Assembly (NCBI GenBank): GCA_950097015.1
Contig: CATNEN010000003.1
Coordinates: 13,144,001 to 13,208,000 of the forward strand
Length of the DNA stretch: 64,000 nucleotides
DNA from: Macrostomum hystrix
Taxonomy: Eukaryota > Animalia > Platyhelminthes
Direction: 5' to 3'
Made by a program: the position numbers and the translations under genes. Below, piece by piece: positions 24,585 through 36,858 of this stretch (the stretch's first letter is position 1; each line of letters opens with the position of its first letter). The notes under the pieces were generated by a model. That model was not told the DNA's origin, did not search any database, and saw only the letters and a list, made by a program, of their open reading frames with translations.

Positions 24585-25412
24585 ATTACTACTAGTAGTC
24601 AGTTTGCTAAACGTCCTAAGCATTATTTTCCTACCTCTTACCGATTGTGTTTTCTAAATTAAAAAAAAACATTTAAATATATTTAGAATCGTTACATGTT
24701 ACTAACGACTTTACGTTAAGTAGTGCATTAGTAGTATGTTGCTAATATTTTTCTCTGTCGATTTAGTATTTTTTGTCTATCTTAGCTGCTTTGAAAATCT
24801 TGCCATTTCATTAAATTTTAAATAGTAAATTAATTAATGTCCTTGTACATTACTAAAGTGCTCAATTTTTTTATTCTCGTTTGCATGCTTCCATTGTTAA
24901 ATTATATGAGTGCATATGTTGAGTAATATACTTTAGAATACTTTTTCCATGTACTCCATGGATTCAATATACTGCTTTATTCGGTAAGTAGTCTATTCTG
25001 CAAACTAAATATTTACTCTCATTTTGCCTATCAAATAGAATTCATTCAGAAACGTGTTGTGATTATGGAATTTGTTTCATCGTATAGAGAGGAAAATTTT
25101 AGCCTGAGTTTTGAGTTCTTCAGGGCGATTGGTTGAATATTTTGGGAGAGACAGAAAAAAATTGGGTAATTTGATATGCCCTCATGGTCTCTTCTTGGGT
25201 AGGCTGAAAAAGTCACGAAGCCACGACCAAGAACCCTCGTCTTTATATTTTATAATCTTTCAGAACAGGTTTAATACTACAATTCTTAGCTGCATTTTAT
25301 TTACAGGCTAATTAAATCTAATTCGAGCACTATAATAAATTGAGCATAATAAATAGGTGATATTTCTATCGCGTCATTGTTTAAACACACGAGTATGATT
25401 GTGCGGAACCAA

Positions 25413-26604
25413 TCACAAACGGAACAGAATCAGCTCATGCGCTGCTGCGTCGACAACCGCTAATAGTGCAGCTTCGCCATCATCGACAGTGCTAGCGCAG
25501 CAGACAGCCACAGGATGCCGCAGACTGAGCCGACCAACCATCTGCATCTCCTTGTCGAATAGTCGGACACTGTTTTCGCTAGCCACAGCCAATCGAACTC
25601 GCTGTCCGTCTTTTCGAGTCTTCGCAACTTCGGCAGCGTCTTCAGAGTAGAACAGGCCTCCAGAGCCGAAACAGTTCGCCTCGATCCAGTCGCGACCAAT
25701 TCGTCGACTTGCCTGACTCACCAGCTTGAGCTGGCCCGCGTGACGCAGCCAAACTACTCGGGGTGTCGCGTGCAGCGTCCAGGATCCCTGCGGCAGTTGC
25801 AGTCGTTGCACAACTCGCAGACTGCTGCAATCCAACATAACTACAACTGTGCATTCGCTTCTTAGCATGGATGCTTTCGATCCACTTTGGAACACTACAA
25901 TGTGCTTAGAGTCAGCTTCAATCCGGATATCGTCGTAGTAGCCCCGATGGTCGTTGTGTTGCGATTCAGCATGAATATCTTCGGATGAGGAAGAATTTTG
26001 AGCTGAACGATCGTTGCTCGTTCGTCGGAAGTCTTTCAGCTCCACTGACTGCGCGCTGACGCCATCTAGACCGCACTGTCGAACTAGCAGCCGTTTTGCT
26101 CCAGTCAAGAGAAATAGCTGCGCTGATTCTGGACTTGCCGCCATCCTTAGTGGTGGCTCGTCAGTCTCGTGATCTATTGTTTGCGTCGTCAGCAACAGAG
26201 GATCGGACTGCTCCTTCGTGGGAATAAACGCGATGCGACTGGAGACGATTCGACGATTTGCCCGTTGACGCAGCATTAAAATAGCAATGCAAGAGGCTGG
26301 CAGAGGACAAGGTTCAACGTAGGTCGTTTTTGCCGATGTCGTGTCAAAGACGTGTCCTCCGGCGTCGCTTGAGTAGCCGTCGGTGGAAGCCACGTGACAC
26401 GCGGCAGTTGGTATAAAGCCGTCAACTGCAAGTTGAAGCAAAGATATTCGACTTATTTGTGAGTTTCTCTGCAGCTTGCTGTTGCAATCTTCTGTGGTTG
26501 CTGCAGCGGTGGCGATGGAAGTGACCGATGCAGCTTCCACTGCTTCTCTTAGACCATCCGTCACGAGACTCGTCAGTTTCGCGGCCCATTCGAGCAGAGG
26601 ACCC

Positions 26605-26645
<41 letters not shown>

Positions 26646-26825
26646 ATTCTTCGACTTTGATGACTGCATGCTTAACCGTTTTAGGTCTTGAACTCGCGAT
26701 CTCGCTTTAACCAGAGCTGCTTCGGCTGCTTCAAACACTGCTGCCTTATTCGATGATTCTTCAGTAGCATCTGCAGCTGGATCACGCTGTCGATTGTCCG
26801 GTTTGTCGTCCTCGTTATTGCTCAT
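25413..26825 (-). CDS. Uncharacterised 470-aa intronless protein (helical N-terminus, His/Gln tract, beta-strand-rich C-terminus)
   Basis: Long non-repetitive GC-rich ORF with ATG, flanked by AT-rich DNA, with composition like neighbouring exons; no family recognised. Confidence 0.75.
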
Positions 26826-27429
26826 TGTGTTGCAGTTAGATTATTTCTAATCAAAATTTATTTCTTATAGATACGAGTACTTGAAGCACTATTTGGTTAA
26901 ATTCTTTTTTTGCATAGTAAAACAGAGCGCCTTAGCAACAACCTGTCTCGAAATTGTGGCCCTCTCTCGGCAAGTCATTCTCCGTGCATCATTTTTCACT
27001 AGATCTTTACTCTCTCTCTTTCTCTCTCTTTCTCGCCAATAGCTAACAGTTGAATGTACATATATTGTATCGCATGAGAAAGCATTTGCTTGAGGCAGAA
27101 CCAGAATGGCTGTACATGCAATCAATCGTACACCAAGCAATTAGGCTGGTAAATACTAGATTTCGCTGTACAATTCTTGCTAATGTATGTACACTGGCCA
27201 ACGTGAGATCTCTTTTATTAGTGATCTATCGTCTATTTTTATCTCCAACTTTACTACAGAGAAAGGCAGGTGCTTCCTCTGCGTTGATTTTACATGTCGG
27301 CACTAGTTTTTTTCGACACAGTAAAACAGTAAACAGTTTTGCTACTGTGTCAAATAAATTTTGTTATGTGACACACTCTGTTTTTGCCGTTCTTTCAAAT
27401 TCCCTAAAAAATCTACCCTCTTAATTCAG

Positions 27430-28349
27430 GATTTGCTGGACTGCACAGCTATGGACCACACTATTCGCGAAGGGCAAAGCAGAGCCAGAGACAAACTTTT
27501 GGCTGAGTCGAAACAGTGGAGGTGGCAGCGGAGGTAGTGGTGGAGGTGATTGCCGAGGTGGCAGCGGAGGTAGTGGTGGAGGTGATAGCGGAGGCGATGG
27601 CCGAGGTGGCAGCGGAGGTAGTGGTGGAGGTGATAGCGGAGGCGATGGCCGAGGTGGCAGCGGAGGTAGTGGTGGAGGTGATAGCGGGGGTGATGGCCGA
27701 GGTGGTAGCGGAAACAGTGGTAGAGGCGGCAGCGGAGACAGTGGTGGAGGCGGTATCGCCTCAAGATTTGAAGATCCGCATGAATTTTACCGCCGCAGCG
27801 ATGCAGTGCTTCTGTGCCTGATCTATCACGGGGTACCCGACTTTATTTACTCTAGCGACGGTTCAATAACCGTCGAAGTAAGTCAAGTAAGTCAAGAAGA
27901 CGGTTCAATAATATCGTTGAACATGTTGTTCGATCAATTTCGCGACTGTCCGCATCTGATTGGCAAGCCGAAACTGTTCATTGTTCAGGCGTGTCGCGAT
28001 GTCACTAACCTGACAGCGGATTCGCCATCTGAAAGCCACCATAGAAGACTGCTTGATTGTGTACAGCACCAGCAGAGGTCGTTTAAGCTGCATAGATAGC
28101 TCCATTGGTGGCGTATTCTCCAACGCTCTGCATCACCAGCTCCTGAACGTGTGCGACCTGAGCTGCGAGACCCTGCCGAGCATTCTTACTCGGGTAACAA
28201 GCGCTGTTATAGTTGTACTTTCCACCGAAGCTGTTGAAGTGCTGACTGAGGCCGTATATTTAACGCAAAACTGCTTTAAAAGAAAACTGTTTTTTGACAG
28301 TGTTCGATGTGAAAATTTTCATAATACAAATTTTACTTTGCGACCTTAA
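27430..28349 (+). pseudogene. Caspase-like (peptidase C14) locus with a frameshift between p20 and p10
   Basis: After acceptor TTCAG (27429) one frame reads a Gly/Ser-rich tract, then SDAVLLCLIYHG...CPHLIGKPKLFIVQACRD (catalytic His-Gly and QACR). The p10-like DCLIVYSTSRG..S.....GGVF...L...L....ILTRV lies in the +1 frame from about 28015-28045. Confidence 0.8.
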
Positions 28350-28829
28350 CTAGACAATTTGGTTGACTTTTGAACGCTTGAAAGAGCTGTACTGAGTATA
28401 TTGTTTAGGTCTAGCCATACCCAGTCATACACCTTGAAAGCACAGAGTGCACAATAGTTAATAAACTAGTTCTACTAGCTTAAATATTAAATATTAAAAG
28501 AAGATCCCTGCGAGAAAAACATTCAATTTCTGCGTACATCTGTTAAAGCCACAATCATTTTGAAAAGTGTTGCCTTAACATCGTCATTTTAATTTTATAC
28601 CTGGTGCAGTATTTAAGTAATAAAGGTGTTTTATAATTTTGTATTCCTTACTCTATTCTGGTGCAGTTTGCACTATATTTGTTTATTTCATTAAAGAAAA
28701 AAAACAAAAAATCGATAATTGGTTTTAATCATCTTTACAAACATACAATATAAAATGGTTACTGTTAAACTGCGAGACCATTTCCTAGTTCTAGACCTCA
28801 TTTTATATTTGTCACTAACAAGAAGCAAT

Positions 28830-31747
28830 TCAACGAATAATTAATTTTTGCATCAAAGCCAAATTCGACACCACATTGTGCGTATCGCCGTCAAAAGACA
28901 TCGCGCAGTGCAGCTCGTCCATCATTCGGTTGAACATATTTATGTCCTCCTCTGTCTTGAGTAGTTGAACTTCACGGCCGCACTCGCTTAGCTTAGTATG
29001 CGATTGGTTAAAATGAGTCAAAGTATGAGATTCTATAGGTTAAAATGAGGTCTCAAGGTATGAGATTCTTAATTGGTTGAAATGAGGTCTCAAGGTATGA
29101 GATTCTATAGGTTGAAATGAGGCCTCAAGGTATGAGATTCTATAGGTTGAAATGAGGCCTCAAGGTATGAGATTCTATAGGTTGAAATGAGGCCTCAAGG
29201 TATGAGATTCTATAGGTTGAAATGAGGCTTCAAGGTATGAGATTCTTAATTGGTTGAAATGAGGTCTCAAGGTATGAGATTCTATAGGTTGAAATGAGGC
29301 CTCAAGGTATGAGATTCTATAGGTTGAAATGAGGCCTCAATGTATGAGATTCTTAATTGGTTGAAATGAGGCCTCAAGGTATGAGATTCTTAATTGGTTG
29401 AAATGAGGTCTCAAGGTATGAGATTCTATAGGTTGAAATGAGGTCTCAAGGTATGAGATTCTATAGGTTGAAATGAGGCCTCAAGGTATGAGATTCTATA
29501 GGTTGAAATGAGGCCTCAAGGTATGAGATTCTATAGGTTGAAATGAGGCCTCAAGGTATGAGATTCTATAGGTTGAAATGAGGCCTCAATGTATGAGATT
29601 CTTAATTGGTTGAAATGAGGCCTCAAGGTATGAGATTCTTAATTGGTTGAAATGAGGTCTCAAGGTATGAGATTCTATAGGTTGAAATGAGGTCTCAAGG
29701 TATGAGATTCTATAGGTTGAAATGAGGCCTCAAGGTATGAGATTCTATAGGTTGAAATGAGGCCTCAAGGTATGAGATTCTATAGGTTGAAATGAGGCCT
29801 CAAGGTATGAGATTCTATAGGTTGAAATGAGGCCTCAAGGTATGAGATTCTATAGGTTGAAATGAGGCCTCAAGGTATGAGATTCTATAGGTTGAAATGA
29901 GGCCTCAATGTATGAGATTCTATAGGTTGAAATGAGGCCTCAAGGTATGAGATTCTATAGGTTGAAATGAGGCCTCAATGTATGAGATTCTTAATTGGTT
30001 GAAATGAGGCCTCAAGGTATGAGATTCTTAATTGGTTGAAATGAGGTCTCAAGGTATGAGATTCTATAGGTTGAAATGAGGTCTCAAGGTATGAGATTCC
30101 ATAGGTTGAAATGAGGTCTCAAGGTATGAGATTCTATAGGTTGAAATGAGGCCTCAAGGTATGAGATTCTATAGGTTGAAATGAGGCGTCAAGGTATGAG
30201 ATTCTTAATTGGTTGAAATGAGGTCTGAAGGGGTGAGATTATTGTTTGAAATGAGGTCTCAAGGTGAGATTATTGTTTGAAATGAGAACTCGGGTTGAGT
30301 TTCTTAGTTTAAACTAATTCTCAAGCCCATAGTACTCACATGAGCCTCAGACGACCAAACTAACTTGGCATAGTCCTCGTAGAGTTGGCAATACTCAGTT
30401 AGGAGGGCAAACAGTGCCACCCTGTAGTTCATTATTTCGTCCAGGTAAGCGCAGCGCATGCAGTTGCATTCGATTAAGCCGAAGGGATTGAGCAGTCGGT
30501 TCAGCAGAGAGCTACGTACCGGAGCTACCTGATGGTTAAAGTTTCGTTCTAATGGAACTTCTCAAAGACCACGGCGGATATTCTAGCTAACCACATTTAG
30601 TTTTTTGAATCTCCTAAAATGTTAGTTGTCCATGTCAACAACGTGATCTTTCATATTTGTTATAAAAAAGTCAAGTTATTTGGGAAAAACGCACGATTTC
30701 CATGGGCAGATTGGCTTTCTCGGCAAAATGATTGTCTCGCTCCTTAATGCACTGACTTAGCAATGCCTCGCAGTGCTCGTGCGGCTCAACAGAGGCCGTG
30801 TTTTTATCTGCAAAAGTGCGCCTGTAGGCGTGCACTCGATCTTCGCAACTGGCGCGTCGAGTGTCCACGAATTGGTCGGAGTAGCAAGCGTGTAATAGTT
30901 CGTACTCATCAAATGCAACGAAGAGAACCCTGCAGATTAGAGAAACAAGGGAGTTCATTGCTACCCGATGAAATGGGGGAGGGATGGGTTGGTGGGATCA
31001 GATGGCATAAAATGGGATCGGATTGGATGGGATCGGATTGGATGGGATCGGATTGGATGGGATCAGATTGGATGGGATCGGATTGGATGGGATCGGATTG
31101 GATGGGATCGGATTGGATGGGATCGGATTGGATGGGATCGGATTGGATGGGATCGGATTGGATGGGATCGGATTGGATGGGATCGGATTGGATGGGATCG
31201 GATTGGATGGGATCGGATTGGATGGGATCGGATTGGATGGGATCGGATTGGATGGGATCGGATTGGATGGGATCGGATTGGATGGGATCGGATTGGATGG
31301 GATCGGATTGGATGGGATCGGATTGGATGGGATGCGATGAGATTCTGTTGGTTGTAAATTAAATACTGTCAATTCGTCATATTGTCGATTAGTCATTAAA
31401 CTACGCTAATAAACCAGCAAACGTGAGCCCAATAAATATCACCTGGTTAGGTTGGCAAGCACAGCGGCGTATTTGCATCTATCTCCGCACGCGCAAGCCA
31501 AATCTACCTGATTGCTGGGCAAGTCCTCGTTGTCTTCGTTGTCGACTTGCTCTTTCTCTTTAGTCGAAGAAGAGTCACTCTCACTCTCAATCTGTTTTTC
31601 TTCTTGCTTCAGTTCCGCTTCCGTTTTTTGTTGCTGCTTCTGCCGCTGCTGGCGGACTCGCCAAATCTCTTCGCGCTCCTTATCGCCGCGGTTGCTCTCG
31701 TAGATGATACGACGAGCTTTTTTAGCGAATCGTTTTGATCCTGACAT
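28830..31747 (-). CDS. Uncharacterised about 296-aa protein, 4 exons
   Basis: Exons 31747-31443, 30929-30695, 30528-30340, 28991-28830; GT-AG and phase-compatible. Charged N-terminus, Cys motifs CACGDRC and CNCMRC; no family recognised. Confidence 0.75.
29023..30290. repeat. 35-bp minisatellite (GAGATTCTATAGGTTGAAATGAGGCCTCAAGGTAT)n, intronic
   Basis: Visible array with a 37-bp variant unit. Confidence 0.96.
31012..31335. repeat. 15-bp minisatellite (GATTGGATGGGATCG)n, intronic
   Basis: Near-perfect array. Confidence 0.97.
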
Positions 31748-32407
31748 TGCTAGTTCAGTATTTTTTTAATAACTGAAATACAATCAGTGTAGCTTGGATA
31801 GTTTTATCTGTTTTTCGTGGCTTCGGGTATTGAAGCATTTGTACCGGCCAGTACAAAGTAGATTTACCATAGACAGTTTGCTATCGTAAGCTATCTCGAC
31901 AAAAGATCTAAGTCTAGTTGATCGTTATGTATTAATACTTGCAATTGTGTTTCTATGGCATTACTCGTACGAGCATTGAACGTATTGAACGCAATTGAAT
32001 CCTTGCTTTACTACTCGCAGTACTACTCTCCTAGTTAGACGGGTGGGGTAGTCAGCGGGGTTCGAATCCGCGATCAAAAAAATTAATTTTTTATCTTTTT
32101 GTTGACTGAAATTGCAGGTCTATTTTGCCAAATTCCATTTTAGTCACGTTTTATCGTTTCATGTTTAAACAAAAATATATGAGTCGAATAGTTCTTATTG
32201 TGTCGGCAGGTGAAGCAATAAAACAGTTTAGCTACAAAAATCGGCATGGTTTGCTATTTAACAGATCAAAAACGTGACTTTCCTAAAAGTTAAATCGATC
32301 TAATCGATAAATCAGAGAAAACATTTTTATTGTTAAAATCAGACGGAGGAAGACGCTCTTGACGCCATTGATATTTTCATTGAGATTTTTTTAGCTCATT
32401 AGGCGAA

Positions 32408-33649
32408 ATGTCTGCTCAGATGAAGTGTCTGATTGTTCTCCTGATTGCGGTGGCTGTGCTGTTATCCGTTGTTACAACTTCCATAGAGGCTCGAAGTTCA
32501 GGTCAGTGATCAAATTGTCTTTTTTCCTTTAAACACTGTCATTTCTGACTAGGGTTAGACCATAGACAAAAATGCTGTCAACATCTTCAGAAGTCAAGTG
32601 CCGCTACGCTATTAGCAAAGCCAGACGTGTCATCCGTGCCATTGTAAAGCACAGAAAACGGATCAAGAAGAGTAGCGGCAGGAAGCGTAGTTTTCACACG
32701 CGAGCACTGCAGGCCTATTGGAATATTCTGCGTAAACTCAAGCTGCATAACAAAGACTGTTTCAAATGCCTTAAGTGTGAGACGATTTCGATTTACTTTT
32801 TTAATGGGGTTTTTCTGACCAATTTTCCTTGAGCTCGACTCCGTGGTGAGGCCACATTCATTTGGTGCGCAGCCGCGGAGAGAAGGCTTGACGTGCAATA
32901 ATCGATGACGAGAAAACCAGGTAGAATGTACGCACCTGTGTGCGTGTGACTACATGTTGTTTACGTACGCGAATGTGTTACTTAGGGTCTCCGCTTGTGG
33001 CGTGTAAACAATAATAATGGAACATCTTTTGGTGACAATAGACCTGCAGCCAGCGAGGAGGCAGTTCTGCACATTCCCCTGACTCCTGAGCACACACGCA
33101 CACAGATACTGTACGCAGGCATACACTCACACAGGTGTGTACATCTGCCCTGACTTTCTCATCGTCAGGCAGTGTACACTCTCACTGTGCCTTTGAGGTT
33201 GGCCCTCAAGGGCATAAATTTCACGTCAAGCCCCAAGCCTTCTCTTCGCGGATGCGCCTCAAATAAATGTGGCCTCGCCGTGGAATCGAACTCAGGGACC
33301 TTGGTGCGAGAGGTAAATGCTTTAGATCGCTCAGCCATTCACTTCCCATCCGGTCGCGGGTTAACAGTCGCTAAGTGTCCAGTTCCCGCAGCGCCACGCA
33401 AAAATGTTTTTAATTTCAGTGTGCCGTGATATCAAGCACAAGTTCGCACTTCTGAAGCGACTGCTCAAATGGGTTCGACGCGAAAAGAAACAGCTGGACA
33501 GCTTCAGCAGCAAGTACGCTGGGAGCTCTAAAACAGGGAAACGGTTTAAGAGTGCCCTTCAGGTGCAACATGACTACCTGCTGAAGAAGGCTATTATATA
33601 TAAAGCTAAATTGGGCAAATGCAAGTCAAAGTGTCGAAGGCGTGATTGA
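32408..33649 (+). CDS. Small secreted, highly basic protein, 3 exons, 169 aa
   Basis: Exons 32408-32501, 32591-32776, 33420-33649 (two phase-1 GT-AG introns, 510 nt). Signal peptide MSAQMKCLIVLLIAVAVLLSVVTTSIEA; K/R-rich mature part with two Cys-bracketed segments. Exon 1 is absent from the ORF track. Confidence 0.78.
32829..32985 (+). mobile_element. SINE family A, degenerate partial copy
   Basis: GAGCTCGACTCCGTGGTGAGGCCAC...GCAGCCGCGGAGAGAAGGCTTG. Confidence 0.7.
33009..33345 (-). mobile_element. SINE family A, near full-length, reverse orientation
   Basis: The reverse complement matches 8877-9237 along its length, including B box GAGTTCGATTCC. Confidence 0.88.
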
Positions 33650-35279
33650 GTATAAGTTTGCCTCTAACTTCTTCTGGTCGCTTTAACTTCTTCTCTATTT
33701 AGGTTTTTAAGCATGGAGCAATTCCAATGTTAACTTGGTATCAGGTTTTGTGATTTTTTTTCTGTTTGGTACCTCTAGCTTGGTCAACCAAAATAAACCT
33801 GAAGCTATTCAGCTACGAACCAATCTAGAAGCTAGTTTATTCTTGTCCTACTGTCAGCATCGAGTGTTACAACTAATGAGACTCTCAACTAGCGGGTTAA
33901 TGACTAGAAAACTACACATTGAGTACCTTTGAGACCACCTGCGGCTAGAGGAGTAGCTATAGTACACTCAATTATGTGGCTCAATTGTAACATTCCAAGC
34001 AACTGAGACTTTCCTCTTGTTGTGTTTTTTTCACTACAAAACAAAACTGAAAGTGGAAACACAAGCTTACATTTTTTGACGTTAGTATGAGGTCTCCCAC
34101 TTTGCCTTGTCAAGAAGACAACTTTGACTAACTAATTAAAGAACCAAACGACAGCTCAAACAATGGACTCTGCATGTCCCGTTGCCATGCATGTCGCTGC
34201 AGCTTCAGTGACAGGAAAGCATTAGGAGGTTTCACTTAAAGTGCACGCCACAGCATATCTACGAGAATATGAGAGACAACTTTTTTACGACATTCTTTCT
34301 GAAAGCAACTATTTAGTCTGAGCGCGTACTGCACTGCACTGGTGTACAATGATCTGACACACGCATGCACTAACTAATTTCTCCGTACATCTGACAGTTA
34401 AGATGAAAGCTTCAACTTGCGATTGTCCAATCTATACTTCCTTTTGTGTACAGACACTCATCATCCGACTGTCTCCAGGTACAGTCTCTTTCCCCCCTGT
34501 CTCCCACACAGACCTGGGCGGCGTCCTGTGTGGTCCTGCCTTAGCAACTGTCTCTCCTAACTCTACATTACTTTCCCAGTTAAAAAGCAAGTCCACAGGG
34601 TTCTGACTATGAGGCAGTGAATGTTTTATTAAAATAGGCACCGCGCGACACAATTCTGCTAGTGTTAGTGCGCCAACCCCCTGCAATTGTGTATGCAGCC
34701 AGTCTGACTGATGGACTAGGAGTTCAGAGAGTGTGAGAGACTGGGCCATTGTGAAGCGTGTGTATCATACCAGGTTTTTTTCATTCAAAACACCATGCAA
34801 ATCCACTCTCATTGGTTGCGACGAGCTCTCTGAGACTCCACCATCCAGCGCCTTAGTTTCAGTGATCCGCGAGTCAAGAGGGAGCCTGCTGGAGAAGGGT
34901 GCTCAGGATGAGAGGGAGAGAACTTGGAGTGGACTCAGGGCGACACTCAGCAGGGGGGGCAGACTTTCTCTCCCACCTCCTCTTATAACTCCCATCAGCC
35001 AAGCTGTTCTCCATTCCTCTAGTTCTGTTTCAACGATTCCCCTCGTTAAATTTTTATCAACTGGGGAGAAATCTACCAGCTTGGACGCAAGGATCGATCA
35101 GATCTTGGCGCTGAACTCAATCTAACGATCACCTGACCAGGCTTCCTTTCAGCGATACTCGATGGTAGAATGCTTTGAGCTATTTAAACTTGCCAATCAA
35201 GCTTGTGGGAAACTTTTATGCGAATTGTCCCCATTATCAGACCTGGAAGTAGCCAGAATTTAAGAGTCAGAAACTGGTC

Positions 35280-36826
35280 ATGAGTCTGTTCTCCATGGCG
35301 ATGTCCCTACCGCCGGACTTTCCCCGGCTTCGGCCTCCCAAAGTGGAGGTGCCGATGGATCTCATAGAAGCGCACCGGGCCAGGAAAGCCGCCGCTGAGG
35401 TGGCAACTCCGGTGCTGAAATGTGCCTCTGAGCCGCCCTCCAAGTACAGCCAGTTTGTCGAGCGTTGCGCCGACTTCAAAGACGTCGCTTTGGTCAGCGC
35501 GCCCGGCGCCGCCTCTTCTACAGCTGCCGGCTCGGCGGTGGGCGCGTTGCTTCGTCTGATGCGCAACTATCACAGCCAACACGGCGCGCGGACTGTACGC
35601 GAGCTGCAAGCCCGACCAGAGTCTGGCGCCGAATCAGCCGAGGAGAAACAATTCTTGAAGTTGTTAAACGGTCGCTTGACAAAGCCTAGCAAGAAGCAAC
35701 AGCAGCAGCAGCAACAACTACTGCAGCAACAAGTTGGCCATCAAGACCTTCTTGAGGTTTCATTCAACGACTCGGCCCAAGAGCACTATTTGTCAAATTA
35801 CACAGCTATTTGCTCCTATTGTCGGAGAAAAGCATTCGTAACTACCAATGCCTCCGGTTACCGTGGGAACGCGCGTCAACGTCGTTACCAAGGCGTTCAA
35901 GCGGCTACTGCAGGTGTGGCGGATCTTCCAGTTGAATCAGAGGACTGGCAAAGCAACTCTGGCGGATCTCAACAGAAGATTGGCGTGCTGGAGCGGTTAG
36001 CCCTGCTCAATACCGCTGCTCAGAGAGCTCAGGACAGGTATGGTCTCCTCTGAGAATGAATTTCTTTTGTTTCCGATCGCGCAACACTGGTGTGACAAAC
36101 GGACGTACTAAAACAGAAATCCGTTGCACACCCCTCTCAGAGCCAACAAAGCTGCGTCAGAAGAAAGTGCAACAAGTAGAAAAATTCAGCAGCAGCAGCA
36201 GCAGCAGCAACAGCACCAGCAGCACCAGGCAAGCAGGGGTACAGCTGCCATGATTGAAGTGCCCGAGTCGCAGCTGATGACGAAGGAAGACGTCAACGCA
36301 ATGAGATTCCAGAGTTGGAGGCAGAAGTGAGTAAACTGCAATTGTCTTATTGTCTTATTCCTTGCGAAAAAGAACTAGGAGAAACGCATTACACTTCCGT
36401 ACGTTTCACCTTTCAAACTACTATTTTTCCAGGCCTCAAAAGATGAAATACTACTATATGTACGTTGCGTGATGGCTGATTCAATCAAACCCTAGCCAGT
36501 TCCTTATGCGAGACCATAACCCATTGCTTTGATTTGCTTTTTTATACTCCTATTAGTGGAACCAGTTAATTAACCGCATATATAATAAGTCAAAAAAAGT
36601 CCGCAAGCGGAAAAAAACAAAAAACATTTTCGAGTTACTCGTATAAGCATTACTTGATAAATTCCTTTCTTAAATTTGAACTAGCGTCTTTTTACTAGTT
36701 TCAGAACTAGTAACATTTTCAGATTTAGTCTCTTTTGGATGTGTCTGCTCGAGAAACTTTACAGTAGACAGCATCGCAGACTGTCGATCTGTGCGTCCAA
36801 TTCCCAGCACTAAAATTATTTCATTT

Positions 36827-36858
<32 letters not shown>

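Noticed and set aside
27050-27424. ORF as a caspase prodomain exon
   Set aside because: No recognisable CARD/DED motif and no confident splice path to 27430.
27996-28020. 16-nt GT...CTAAC...AG micro-intron that would repair the caspase frameshift
   Set aside because: Far below the intron sizes seen in this window or typical of animals.
33900-35130. Possible decayed retroelement or gene on the minus strand
   Set aside because: Coding-like composition, but frames are broken by stops and no RT, integrase or other motif could be recognised.
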